From: Nemertoderma westbladi
Lineage: Eukaryota; Animalia; Xenacoelomorpha
DNA: 37,532 nucleotides
Assembly (NCBI GenBank): GCA_032718475.1
Contig: JAUCBJ010008879.1
Span: 1-37,532 of the forward strand
Direction of reading: 5' to 3'
Of the stretch, positions 11,801 through 25,530 are shown in pieces. Under the pieces are notes generated by a model. That model had not been told where the DNA came from and did not search any database. It worked only from the letters and a program-made list of their open reading frames with translations. How positions within the stretch are numbered: position 1 is the first letter of the stretch; every line of letters starts with the position of its first letter. The position numbers and the translations under genes were made by a program.

Positions 11801-14800
11801 CTTCCGCTGGGTGACAGGGGCGGAGTACAGAGAGTGTGAGAACTTCCGCTGGGTGACAGGGGCGGAGTACAGAGAGTGTGAGAACTTCCGCTGGGAGACA
11901 GGGGCGGAGTACAGAGAGTGTTAGAACTTCCGCTGGGTGACAGGGGCGGAGTACAGAGAGCGTGAGAACTTCCGCTGGGTGACAGCGGCGGAGTACAGAG
12001 AGTGTGGGAACTTCCGCTGGGAGACAGGGGCGGAGTACAGAGAGTGTGAGAACTTCCGCTGGGTGACAGGGGCGGAGTACAGAGAGTGTGAGAACTTCCG
12101 CTGGGTGACAGGGGCGGAGTACAGAGAGTGTGAGAACTTCCGCTGGGAGACAGAGGCGGAGTACAGAGAGTGTGAGAACTTCCGCTGGGTGACAGGGGCG
12201 GAGTACAGAGAGTGTGAGAACGACCGCTGGGTGACAGGGGCGGAGTACAGAGAGTGTGAGAACTTCCGCTGGGTGACAGGGGCGGAGTACAGAGAGTGTT
12301 AGAACTACCACTGGGTGACAGGGGCGGAGTACAGAGAGTGTGAGAACTTCCGCTGGGAGACAGGGGCGGAGTACAGAGAGTGTTAGAACTACCACTGGGT
12401 GACAGGGGCGGAGTACAGAGAGTGTGAGAACTTCCGCTGGGAGACAGGGGCGGAGTACAGAGAGTGTGAGAACTTCCGCTGGGTGACAGGGGCGGAGTAC
12501 AGAGAGTGTGAGAACGACCGCTGGGTGACAGGGGCGGAGTACAGAGAGTGTGGGAACTTCAGCTGGGTGACAGGGGCGGAGTACAGAGAGTGTGAGAACT
12601 TCCGCTGGGAGACAGGGGCGGAGTACAGAGAGTGTGAGAACTACCGCTGGGTGACAGGGGCGGAGTACAGAGAGTGTGAGAACGACCGCTGGGTGACAGG
12701 GGCGGAGTACAGAGAGTGTGGGAACTTCAGCTGGGTGACAGGGGCGGAGTACAGAGAGTGTGAGAACTTCCGCTGGGAGACAGGGGCGGAGTACAGAGAG
12801 TGTTAGAACTACCACTGGGTGACAGGGGCGGAGTACAGAGAGTGTGAGAACTTCCGCTGGGAGACAGGGGCGGAGTACAGAGAGTGTGAGAACTTCCGCT
12901 GGGTGACAGGGGCGGAGTACAGAGAGTGTGAGAACGACCGCTGGGTGACAGGGGCGGAGTACAGAGAGTGTGGGAACTTCAGCTGGGTGACAGGGGCGGA
13001 GTACAGAGAGTGTGAGAACTTCCGCTGGGAGACAGGGGCGGAGTACAGAGAGTGTGAGAACTACCGCTGGGTGACAGGGGCGGAGTACAGAGAGTGTGAG
13101 AACTTCCGCTGGGTGACAGGGGCGGAGTACAGAGAGTGTGAGAACGACCGCTGGGTGACAGGGGCGGAGTACAGAGAGTGTGAGAACTTCCGCTAGGTGA
13201 CACGGGCGGAGTACAGAGAGTGTGAGAACTTCCGCTGGGTGACAGGGGCGGAGTACAGAGAGTGTGAGAACTTCCGCTGGGTGACAGGGGCGGAGTACAG
13301 AGAGTGTGAGAACTTCCGCTGGGTGACAGGGGCGGAGTACAGAGAGTGTGAGAACTTCAGCTGGGTGACAGGGGCGGAGTACAGAGAGTGTGAGAACTTC
13401 AGCTGGGTGACAGGGGCGGAGTACAGAGAGTGTGAGAACTTCAGCTGGGTGACAGGGGCGGAGTGCAGAGAGTGTGAGAACTTCAGCTGGGTGACAGGGG
13501 CGGAGTACAGAGAGTGTGAGAACTTCCGCTGGGTGACAGGGGCGGAGTACAGAGAGTGTGAGAACTTCCGCTGGGTGACAGGGGCGGAGTACAGAGAGTG
13601 TGAGAACTTCCGCTGGGAGACAGGGGCGGAGTACAGAGAGTGTTAGAACTTCCGCTGGGTGACAGGGGCGGAGTACAGAGAGTGTGAGAACTTCAGCTGG
13701 GTGACAGGGGCGGAGTACAGAGAGTGTGAGAACTACCGCTGGGTGACAGGGGCGGAGTACAGAGAGTGTGAGAACTTCCGCTAGGTGACAGGGGCGGAGT
13801 ACAGAGAGTGTTAGAACTTCCGCTGGGAGACAGGGGCGGAGTACAGAGAGTGTGAGAACTTCAGCTGGGTGACAGGGGCGGAGTACAGAGAGTGTGAGAA
13901 CTTCCGCTAGGTGACAGGGGCGGAGTACAGAGAGTGTTAGAACTTCCGCTGGGAGACAGGGGCGGAGTACAGAGAGTGTGGGAACTTCAGCTGGGTGACA
14001 GGGGCGGAGTACAGAGAGTGTGAGAACTTCAGCTGGGTGACAGGGGCGGAGTACAGAGAGTGTGAGAACTTCAGCTGGGAGACAGGGGCGGAGTACAGAG
14101 AGTGTGAGAACTTCAGCTGGGAGACAGGGGCGGAGTACAGAGAGTGTGAGAACTTCAGCTGGGTGACAGGGGCGGAGTACAGAGAGTGTGAGAACTTCCG
14201 CTAGGTGACAGGGGCGGAGTACAGAGAGTGTTAGAACTTCCGCTGGGAGACAGGGGCGGAGTACAGAGAGTGTGGGAACTTCAGCTGGGTGACAGGGGCG
14301 GAGTACAGAGAGTGTGAGAACTTCAGCTGGGTGACAGGGGCGGAGTACAGTGTGAGAACTTCCGCTGGGAGACAGGGGCGGAGTACAGAGAGTGTGAGAA
14401 CTTCCGCTAGGTGACACGGGCGGAGTACAGAGAGTGTGAGAACTTCCGCTAGGTGACAGGGGCGGAGTACAGAGAGTGTGAGAACTTCAGCTGGGTGACA
14501 GGGGCGGAGTACAGAGAGTGTGGGAACTTCAGCTGGGTGACAGGGGCGGAGTACAGAGAGTGTGAGAACTTCCGCTAGGTGACAGGGGCGGAGTACAGAG
14601 AGTGTGAGAACTTCCGCTAGGTGACAGGGGCGGAGTACAGAGAGTGTGAGAACTTCCGCTGGGTGACAGGGGCGGAGTACAGAGAGTGTGAGAACTTCCG
14701 CTAGGTGACAGGGGCGGAGTACAGAGAGTGTTAGAACTTCCGCTGGGAGACAGGGGCGGAGTACAGAGAGTGTGGGAACTTCAGCTGGGTGACAGGGGCG

Positions 14801-17800
14801 GAGTACAGAGAGTGTGAGAACTTCCGCTGGGTGACAGGGGCGGAGTACAGAGAGTGTGAGAACTTCCGCTGGGTGACAGGGGCGGAGTACAGAGAGTGTG
14901 AGAACTTCCGCTGGGTGACAGGGGCGGAGTACAGAGAGTGTGAGAACTTCCGCTGGGAGACAGGGGCGGAGTACAGAGAGTGTGAGAACTTCCGCTGGGT
15001 GACAGGGGCGGAGTACAGAGAGTGTGAGAACGACCGCTGGGTGACAGGGGCGGAGTACAGAGAGTGTGGGAACTTCAGCTGGGTGACAGGGCCGGAGTAC
15101 AGAGAGTGTGAGAACTTCCGCTGGGAGACAGGGGCGGAGTACAGAGAGTGTGAGAACTACCGCTGGGTGACAGGGGCGGAGTACAGAGAGTGTGAGAACT
15201 TCCGCTGGGTGACAGGGGCGGAGTACAGAGAGTGTGAGAACGACCGCTGGGTGACAGGGGCGGAGTACAGAGAGTGTTAGAACTACCGCTGGGTGACAGG
15301 GGCGGAGTACAGAGAGTGTGAGAACTTCCGCTGGGTGACAGGGGCGGAGTACAGAGAGTGTGAGAACGACCGCTGGGTGACAGGGGCGGAGTACAGAGAG
15401 TGTGAGAACTTCTGCTGGGTGACAGGGGCGGAGTACAGAGAGTGTGAGAACTTCCGCTGGGTGACAGGGGCGGAGTACAGAGAGTGTGATAACTTCTGCT
15501 GGGTGACAGGGGCGGAGTACAGAGAGTGTGGGAACTTCAGCTGGGTGACAGGGGCGGAGTACAGAGAGTGTGAGAACTTCAGCTGGGTGACAGGGGCGGA
15601 GTACAGAGAGTGTGAGAACTACCGCTGGGTGACAGGGGCGGAGTACAGAGAGTGTGAGAACTTCCGCTAGGTGACAGGGGCGGAGTACAGAGAGTGTGGG
15701 AACTTCAGCTGGGTGACAGGGGCGGAGTACAGAGAGTGTGAGAACTTCAGCTGGGTGACAGGGGCGGAGTACAGTGTGAGAACTTCCGCTGGGAGACAGG
15801 GGCGGAGTACAGAGAGTGTGAGAACTTCCGCTAGGTGACACGGGCGGAGTACAGAGAGTGTGAGAACTTCCGCTGGGTGACAGGGGCGGAGTGCAGAGAG
15901 TGTGAGAACTTCCGCTGGGTGACAGGGGCGGAGTACAGAGAGTGTGAGAACTTCCGCTGGGTGACAGGGGCGGAGTACAGAGAGTGTGAGAACTTCCGCT
16001 GGGAGACAGGGGCGGAGTACAGAGAGTGTGGGAACTTCAGCTGGGTGACAGGGGCGGAGTACAGAGAGTGTGAGAACTTCAGCTGGGTGACAGGGGCGGA
16101 GTACAGAGAGTGTGATAACTTCAGCTGGGTGACAGGGGCGGAGTACAGAGAGTGTGAGAACTTCAGCTGGGTGACAGGGGCGGAGTACAGAGAGTGTTAG
16201 AACTACCGCTGGGTGACAGGGGCGGAGTACAGAGAGTGTGAGAACTTCAGCTGGGTGACAGGGGCGGAGTACAGAGAGTGTTAGAACTACCGCTGGGTGA
16301 CAGGGGCGGAGTACAGAGAGTGTGAGAACTTCAGCTGGGTGACAGGGGCGGAGTACAGAGAGTGTTAGAACTACCGCTGGGTGACAGGGGCGGAGTACAG
16401 AGAGTGTGAGAACGACCGCTGGGTGACAGGGGCGGAGTACAGAGAGTGTGAGAACTTCTGCTGGGTGACAGGGGCGGAGTACAGAGAGTGTGAGAACTTC
16501 CGCTGGGTGACAGGGGCGGAGTACAGAGAGTGTGATAACTTCTGCTGGGTGACAGGGGCGGAGTACAGAGAGTGTGGGAACTTCAGCTGGGTGACAGGGG
16601 CGGAGTACAGAGAGTGTGAGAACTTCAGCTGGGTGACAGGGGCGGAGTACAGAGAGTGTGAGAACTACCGCTGGGTGACAGGGGCGGAGTACAGAGAGTG
16701 TGAGAACTTCCGCTAGGTGACAGGGGCGGAGTACAGAGAGTGTGGGAACTTCAGCTGGGTGACAGGGGCGGAGTACAGAGAGTGTGAGAACTTCAGCTGG
16801 GTGACAGGGGCGGAGTACAGTGTGAGAACTTCCGCTGGGAGACAGGGGCGGAGTACAGAGAGTGTGAGAACTTCCGCTAGGTGACACGGGCGGAGTACAG
16901 AGAGTGTGAGAACTTCCGCTGGGTGACAGGGGCGGAGTGCAGAGAGTGTGAGAACTTCCGCTGGGTGACAGGGGCGGAGTACAGAGAGTGTGAGAACTTC
17001 CGCTGGGTGACAGGGGCGGAGTACAGAGAGTGTGAGAACTTCCGCTGGGAGACAGGGGCGGAGTACAGAGAGTGTGGGAACTTCAGCTGGGTGACAGGGG
17101 CGGAGTACAGAGAGTGTGAGAACTTCAGCTGGGTGACAGGGGCGGAGTACAGAGAGTGTGAGAACTTCAGCTGGGTGACAGGGGCGGAGTACAGAGAGTG
17201 TGAGAACTTCAGCTGGGTGACAGGGGCGGAGTACAGTGTGAGAACTTCCGCTGGGAGACAGGGGCGGAGTACAGAGAGTGTGAGAACTTCCGCTGGGTGA
17301 CAGGGGCGGAGTACATAGAGTGTGAGAACTTCCGCTGGGAGACAGGGGCGGAGTACAGAGAGTGTGAGAACTTCCGCTGGGTGACAGGGGCGGAGTACAG
17401 AGAGTGTGAGAACTTCCGCTGGGTGACAGGGGCGGAGTACAGAGAGTGTGAGAACTACCGCTGGGTGACAGGGGCGGAGTACAGAGAGTGTGAGAACTTC
17501 CGCTGGGAGACAGGGGCGGAGTACAGAGAGTGTGAGAACTTCCGCTGGGAGACAGGGGCGGAGTACAGAGAGTGTGAGAACTTCCGCTGGGAGACAGGGG
17601 CGGAGTACAGAGAGTGTGAGAACTTCCGCTGGGAGACAGGGGCGGAGTACAGAGAGTGTGAGAACTTCCGCTGGGTGACAGGGGCGGAGTACAGAGAGTG
17701 TGAGAACTTCCGCTGGGTGACATGTGCGGAGTGCAGAGAGTGTGAGAACTTCCGCTGGGAGACAGGGGCGGAGTACAGAGAGTGTGAGAACTTCCGCTGG

Positions 17801-20800
17801 GTGACAGGGGCGGAGTACAGAGAGTGTGAGAACTTCCGCTGGGAGACAGGGGCGGAGTACAGAGAGTGTGGGAACTTCAGCTGGGTGACAGGGGCGGAGT
17901 ACAGAGAGTGTGAGAACTTCAGCTGGGTGACAGGGGCGGAGTACAGAGAGTGTGAGAACTTCAGCTGGGTGACAGGGGCGGAGTACAGAGAGTGTGAGAA
18001 CTTCAGCTGGGTGACAGGGGCGGAGTACAGTGTGAGAACTTCCGCTGGGAGACAGGGGCGGAGTACAGAGAGTGTGAGAACTTCCGCTGGGTGACAGGGG
18101 CGGAGTACATAGAGTGTGAGAACTTCCGCTGGGAGACAGGGGCGGAGTACAGAGAGTGTGAGAACTTCCGCTGGGTGACAGGGGCGGAGTACAGAGAGTG
18201 TGAGAACTTCCGCTGGGTGACAGGGGCGGAGTACAGAGAGTGTGAGAACTACCGCTGGGTGACAGGGGCGGAGTACAGAGAGTGTGAGAACTTCCGCTGG
18301 GAGACAGGGGCGGAGTACAGAGAGTGTGAGAACTTCCGCTGGGTGACAGGGGCGGAGTACAGAGAGTGTGAGAACTTCCGCTGGGTGACATGTGCGGAGT
18401 GCAGAGAGTGTGAGAACTTCCGCTGGGAGACAGGGGCGGAGTACAGAGAGTGTGAGAACTACCGCTGGGTGACTGGGGCGGAGTACAGAGAGTGTGAGAA
18501 CTTCCGCTGGGAGACAGGGGCGGAGTACAGAGAGTGTGAGAACTTCCGCTGGGAGACAGGGGCGGAGTACAGAGAGTGTGAGAACTTCCGCTGGGAGACA
18601 GGGGCGGAGTACAGAGAGTGTGAGAACTTCCGCTGGGAGACAGGGGCGGAGTACAGAGAGTGTGAGAACTTCCGCTGGGTGACAGGGGCGGAGTACAGAG
18701 AGTGTGAGAACTTCCGCTGGGTGACATGTGCGGAGTACAGAGAGTGTGAGAACTTCCGCTAGGTGACACGGGCGGAGTACAGAGAGTGTGAGAACTTCCG
18801 CTGGGTGACAGGGGCGGAGTGCAGAGAGTGTGAGAACTTCCGCTGGGTGACAGGGGCGGAGTACAGAGAGTGTGAGAACTTCCGCTGGGTGACAGGGGCG
18901 GAGTACAGAGAGTGTGAGAACTTCCGCTGGGAGACAGGGGCGGAGTACAGAGAGTGTGGGAACTTCAGCTGGGTGACAGGGGCGGAGTACAGAGAGTGTG
19001 AGAACTTCAGCTGGGTGACAGGGGCGGAGTACAGAGAGTGTGAGAACTTCAGCTGGGTGACAGGGGCGGAGTACAGAGAGTGTGAGAACTTCCGCTGGGA
19101 GACAGGGGCGGAGTACAGAGAGTGTGGGAACTTCAGCTGGGTGACAGGGGCGGAGTACAGAGAGTGTGAGAACTTCAGCTGGGTGACAGGGGCGGAGTAC
19201 AGAGAGTGTGAGAACTTCCGCTGGGAGACAGGGGCGGAGTACAGAGAGTGTGAGAACTTCCGCTGGGAGACAGGGGCGGAGTACAGAGAGTGTGAGAACT
19301 TCCGCTGGGTGACAGGGGCGGAGTACAGAGAGTGTGGGAACTTCAGCTGGGTGACAGGGGCGGAGTACAGAGAGTGTGAGAACTTCAGCTGGGTGACAGG
19401 GGCGGAGTACAGAGAGTGTGGGAACTTCAGCTGGGTGACAGGGGCGGAGTACAGAGAGTGTGAGAACTTCAGCTGGGTGACAGGGGCGGAGTACAGAGAG
19501 TGTGAGAACTTCAGCTGGGTGACAGGGGCGGAGTACAGAGAGTGTGGGAACTTCAGCTGGGTGACAGGGGCGGAGTACAGAGAGTGTGAGAACTTCCGCT
19601 GGGAGACAGGGGCGGAGTACAGAGAGTGTGAGAACTTCCGCTGGGTGACAGGGGCGGAGTACAGAGAGTGTGGGAACTTCAGCTGGGTGACAGGGGCGGA
19701 GTACAGAGAGTGTGAGAACTTCAGCTGGGTGACAGGGGCGGAGTACAGAGAGTGTGAGAACTTCCGCTGGGAGACAGGGGCGGAGTACAGAGAGTGTGGG
19801 AACTTCAGCTGGGTGACAGGGGCGGAGTACAGAGAGTGTGAGAACTTCAGCTGGGTGACAGGGGCGGAGTACAGAGAGTGTGGGAACTTCAGCTGGGTGA
19901 CAGGGGCGGAGTACAGAGAGTGTGAGAACTTCAGCTGGGTGACAGGGGCGGAGTACAGAGAGTGTGAGAACTTCAGCTGGGTGACAGGGGCGGAGTACAG
20001 TGTGAGAACTTCCGCTGGGAGACAGGGGCTGAGTACAGAGAGTGTGAGAACTTCCGCTGGGTGACAGGGGCGGAGTACATAGAGTGTGAGAACTTCCGCT
20101 GGGAGACAGGGGCGGAGTACAGAGAGTGTGAGAACTTCCGCTGGGTGACAGGGGCGGAGTACAGAGAGTGTGAGAACTTCCGCTGGGTGACAGGGGCGGA
20201 GTACAGAGAGTGTGAGAACTACCGCTGGGTGACAGGGGCGGAGTACAGAGAGTGTGAGAACCTCCGCTGGGTGACAGGGGCGGAGTGCAGAGAGTGTGAG
20301 AACTACCACTGGGTGACAGGGGCGGAGTACCGAGAGTGTGAGAACTTCCGCTGGGTGCAGGGGCGGAGTGCAGAGAGTGTGAGAACTTCCGCTGGGTGAC
20401 AGGGGCGGAGTACAGAGAGTGTGAGAACTTCCGCTGGGTGACAGGGGCGGAGTACCGAGAGTGTGAGAACTTCCGCTTGGTGACAGGGGCGGAGTACAGA
20501 GGGTGTGAGAACTTACGCTGGGTGACAGGGGCGGAGTACAGAGAGTGTGAGAACTTCCGCTGGGTGACATGGGTGGAATACAGAGAGTGTGAGAACTTCC
20601 GCTGGGTGACAGGGGCGGAGTACAGAGAGTGTGAGAACTTCCGCTTGGTGACAGGGGCGGAGTACATAGGGTGTAAGAACTTCCGCTGGGTGACAGGGGC
20701 GGAGTACAGAGAGTGTGAGAACTTCCGCTGGGAGACAGGGGCGGAGTACAGAGAGTGTGAGAACTTCAGCTGGGTGACAGGGGCGGAGTACAGAGAGTGT

Positions 20801-23800
20801 GGGAACTTCAGCTGGGTGACAGGGGCGGAGTACAGAGAGTGTGAGAACTTCAGCTGGGTGACAGGGGCGGAGTACAGAGAGTGTGAGAACTTCCGCTGGG
20901 AGACAGGGGCGGAGTACAGAGAGTGTGGGAACTTCAGCTGGGTGACAGGGGCGGAGTACAGAGAGTGTGAGAACTTCAGCTGGGTGACAGGGGCGGAGTA
21001 CAGAGAGTGTGGGAACTTCAGCTGGGTGACAGGGGCGGAGTACAGAGAGTGTGAGAACTTCAGCTGGGTGACAGGGGCGGAGTACAGAGAGTGTGAGAAC
21101 TTCAGCTGGGTGACAGGGGCGGAGTACAGTGTGAGAACTTCCGCTGGGAGACAGGGGCTGAGTACAGAGAGTGTGAGAACTTCCGCTGGGTGACAGGGGC
21201 GGAGTACATAGAGTGTGAGAACTTCCGCTGGGAGACAGGGGCGGAGTACAGAGAGTGTGAGAACTTCCGCTGGGTGACAGGGGCGGAGTACAGAGAGTGT
21301 GAGAACTTCCGCTGGGTGACAGGGGCGGAGTACAGAGAGTGTGAGAACTACCGCTGGGTGACAGGGGCGGAGTACAGAGAGTGTGAGAACTTCCGCTGGG
21401 TGACAGGGGCGGAGTGCAGAGAGTGTGAGAACTACCACTGGGTGACAGGGGCGGAGTACCGAGAGTGTGAGAACTTCCGCTGGGTGCAGGGGCGGAGTGC
21501 AGAGAGTGTGAGAACTTCCGCTGGGTGACAGGGGCGGAGTACAGAGAGTGTGAGAACTTCCGCTGGGTGACAGGGGCGGAGTACCGAGAGTGTGAGAACT
21601 TCCGCTTGGTGACAGGGGCGGAGTACAGAGGGTGTGAGAACTTACGCTGGGTGACAGGGGCGGAGTACAGAGAGTGTGAGAACTTCCGCTGGGTGACATG
21701 GGTGGAATACAGAGAGTGTGAGAACTTCCGCTGGGTGACAGGGGCGGAGTACAGAGAGTGTGAGAACTTCCGCTTGGTGACAGGGGCGGAGTACATAGGG
21801 TGTAAGAACTTCCGCTGGGTGACAGGGGCGGAGTACAGAGAGTGTGAGAACTTCCGCTGGGAGACAGGGGCGGAGTACAGAGAGTGTGAGAACTTCCGCT
21901 GGGTGACAGGGGCGGAGTACAGAGAGTGTGAGAACTTCCGCTGGGAGACAGGGGCGGAGTACAGAGAGTGTGAGAACTTCCGATGGGTGACAGGGGCGGA
22001 GTACAGAGTGTGAGAACTTCCGCTTGGTGACAGGGGCGGAGTACAGAGAGTGTGAGAACTTCCGCTTGGTGACAGGGGCGGAGTACAGAGGGTGTGAGAA
22101 CTTCCGCTTGGTGACAGGGGCGGAGTACATAGGGTGTGAGAACTTACGCTGGGTGACAGGGGCGGAGTACAGAGGGTGTGAGAACTTCCGCTGGGTGACA
22201 GGGGCGGAGTACAGAGAGTGTGACAACTTCCGCTGGGTGACAGGGGCGGAGTACATAGGGTGTGAGAACTTCCGCTGGCTGACAGGGGCGGAGTACAGAG
22301 AGTGTGAGAACTTCCGCTGGGAGACAGGGGCGGAGTACAGAGAGTGTGAGAACTTCCGATGGGTGACAGGGGCGGAGTACAGAGTGTGAGAACTTCCGCT
22401 GGGTGACAGGGGCGGAGTACAGAGAGTGTGAGAACTTCCGCTGGGTGACAGGGGCGGAGTACAGAGAGAGTGAGAACTTCCGCTGGGAGACAGGGGCGGA
22501 GTACAGAGAGTGTGAGAACTTCCGCTGGGTGACAGGGGCGGAGTGCAGAGAGTGTGAGAACTTCCGCTGGGAGACAGGGGCGGAGTACAGAGAGAGTGAG
22601 AACTTCCGCTGGGAGACAGGGGCGGAGTACAGAGAGTGTGAGAACTTCCGCTGGGAGACAGGGGCGGAGTACAGAGAGAGTGAGAACTTCCGCTGGGAGA
22701 CAGGGGCGGAGTACAGAGAGTGTGAGAACTTCCGCTGGGAGACAGGGGCGGAGTACAGAGAGTGTGAGAACTTCAGCTGGGTGACAGGGGCGGAGTACAG
22801 AGAGTGTGAGAACTTCCGCTGGGAGACAGGGGCGGAGTACAGAGAGTGTGGGAACTTCAGCTGGGTGACAGGGGCGGAGTACAGAGAGTGTGAGAACTTC
22901 AGCTGGGTGACAGGGGCGGAGTACAGAGAGTGTGGGAACTTCAGCTGGGTGACAGGGGCGGAGTACAGAGAGTGTGAGAACTTCAGCTGGGTGACAGGGG
23001 CGGAGTACAGAGAGTGTGAGAACTTCAGCTGGGTGACAGGGGCGGAGTACAGTGTGAGAACTTCCGCTGGGAGACAGGGGCTGAGTACAGAGAGTGTGAG
23101 AACTTCCGCTGGGTGACAGGGGCGGAGTACATAGAGTGTGAGAACTTCCGCTGGGAGACAGGGGCGGAGTACAGAGAGTGTGAGAACTTCCGCTGGGTGA
23201 CAGGGGCGGAGTACAGAGAGTGTGAGAACTTCCGCTGGGTGACAGGGGCGGAGTACAGAGAGTGTGAGAACTACCGCTGGGTGACAGGGGCGGAGTACAG
23301 AGAGTGTGAGAACTTCCGCTGGGTGACAGGGGCGGAGTGCAGAGAGTGTGAGAACTACCACTGGGTGACAGGGGCGGAGTACCGAGAGTGTGAGAACTTC
23401 CGCTGGGTGCAGGGGCGGAGTGCAGAGAGTGTGAGAACTTCCGCTGGGTGACAGGGGCGGAGTACAGAGAGTGTGAGAACTTCCGCTGGGTGACAGGGGC
23501 GGAGTACCGAGAGTGTGAGAACTTCCGCTTGGTGACAGGGGCGGAGTACAGAGGGTGTGAGAACTTACGCTGGGTGACAGGGGCGGAGTACAGAGAGTGT
23601 GAGAACTTCCGCTGGGTGACATGGGTGGAATACAGAGAGTGTGAGAACTTCCGCTGGGTGACAGGGGCGGAGTACAGAGAGTGTGAGAACTTCCGCTTGG
23701 TGACAGGGGCGGAGTACATAGGGTGTAAGAACTTCCGCTGGGTGACAGGGGCGGAGTACAGAGAGTGTGAGAACTTCCGCTGGGAGACAGGGGCGGAGTA

Positions 23801-25475
23801 CAGAGAGTGTGAGAACTTCCGCTGGGTGACAGGGGCGGAGTACAGAGAGTGTGAGAACTTCCGCTGGGAGACAGGGGCGGAGTACAGAGAGTGTGAGAAC
23901 TTCCGATGGGTGACAGGGGCGGAGTACAGAGTGTGAGAACTTCCGCTTGGTGACAGGGGCGGAGTACAGAGAGTGTGAGAACTTCCGCTTGGTGACAGGG
24001 GCGGAGTACAGAGGGTGTGAGAACTTCCGCTTGGTGACAGGGGCGGAGTACATAGGGTGTGAGAACTTACGCTGGGTGACAGGGGCGGAGTACAGAGGGT
24101 GTGAGAACTTCCGCTGGGTGACAGGGGCGGAGTACAGAGAGTGTGACAACTTCCGCTGGGTGACAGGGGCGGAGTACATAGGGTGTGAGAACTTCCGCTG
24201 GCTGACAGGGGCGGAGTACAGAGAGTGTGAGAACTTCCGCTGGGAGACAGGGGCGGAGTACAGAGAGTGTGAGAACTTCCGATGGGTGACAGGGGCGGAG
24301 TACAGAGTGTGAGAACTTCCGCTGGGTGACAGGGGCGGAGTACAGAGAGTGTGAGAACTTCCGCTGGGTGACAGGGGCGGAGTACAGAGAGAGTGAGAAC
24401 TTCCGCTGGGAGACAGGGGCGGAGTACAGAGAGTGTGAGAACTTCCGCTGGGTGACAGGGGCGGAGTGCAGAGAGTGTGAGAACTTCCGCTGGGAGACAG
24501 GGGCGGAGTACAGAGAGAGTGAGAACTTCCGCTGGGAGACAGGGGCGGAGTACAGAGAGTGTGAGAACTTCCGCTGGGAGACAGGGGCGGAGTACAGAGA
24601 GAGTGAGAACTTCCGCTGGGAGACAGGGGCGGAGTACAGAGAGTGTGAGAACTTCCGCTGGGAGACAGGGGCGGAGTACAGAGAGAGTGAGAACTTCCGC
24701 TGGGTGACAGGGGCGGAGTGCAGAGAGTGTGAGAACTTCCGCTGGGTGACAGGGGCGGAGTGCAGAGAGTGTGAGAACTTCCGCTGGGTGACAGGGGCGG
24801 AGTGCAGAGAGTGTGAGAACTTCCGCTGGGAGACAGGGGCGGAGTACAGAGAGTGTGAGAACTACCGCTGGGTGACAGGGGCGGAGTACAGAGAGTGTGA
24901 GAACTTCCGCTGGGAGACAGGGGCGGAGTACAGAGAGTGTGAGAACTTCCGCTGGGAGACAGGGGCGGAGTACAGAGAGTGTGAGAACTTCCGCTGGGAG
25001 ACAGGGGCGGAGTACAGAGAGTGTGAGAACTTCCGCTGGGTGACAGGGGCGGAGTACAGAGAGTGTGAGAACTTCCGCTGGGTGACATGTGCGGAGTGCA
25101 GAGAGTGTGAGAACTTCCGCTGGGTGACAGGGGCGGAGTACAGAGAGTGTGATAACTTCCGCTGGGAGACAGGGGCGGAGTACAGAGAGTGTGAGAACTT
25201 CCGCTGGGAGACAGGGGCGGAGTACAGAGAGTGTGAGAACTTCCGCTGGGAGACAGGGGCGGAGTACAGAGAGTGTGAGAACTTCCGCTGGGAGACAGGG
25301 GCGGAGTACAGAGAGTGTGAGAACTTCCGCTGGGTGACATGTGCGGAGTGCAGAGAGTGTGAGAACTTCCGCTGGGTGACAGGGGCGGAGTACAGAGAGT
25401 GTGAGAACTTCCGCTGGGAGACAGGGGCGGAGTACAGAGAGTGTGAGAACTTACGCTGAGTGACAGGGGCGGAGT
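8879..25475. repeat. 42-bp minisatellite/satellite array, ~16.6 kb, ~395 copies
   Basis: Consensus GGTGACAGGGGCGGAGTACAGAGAGTGTGAGAACTTCCGCTG repeated head-to-tail without spacers; 14-aa periodicity in the ORF track; a small set of recurrent variants and 1-, 2- and 4-bp deletions. Copy number is estimated from length/42. Confidence 0.99.
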
Positions 25476-25530
25476 GAATTCGCCAGATGGGATTTGCGTC
25501 CAGTCCCCCCCCCCCCCCCCCCCCTGTCTC

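Noticed and set aside
8879-25475. CRISPR array
   Set aside because: Units are contiguous with no unique spacers, there are no cas genes, and the context is a spliced eukaryotic locus.
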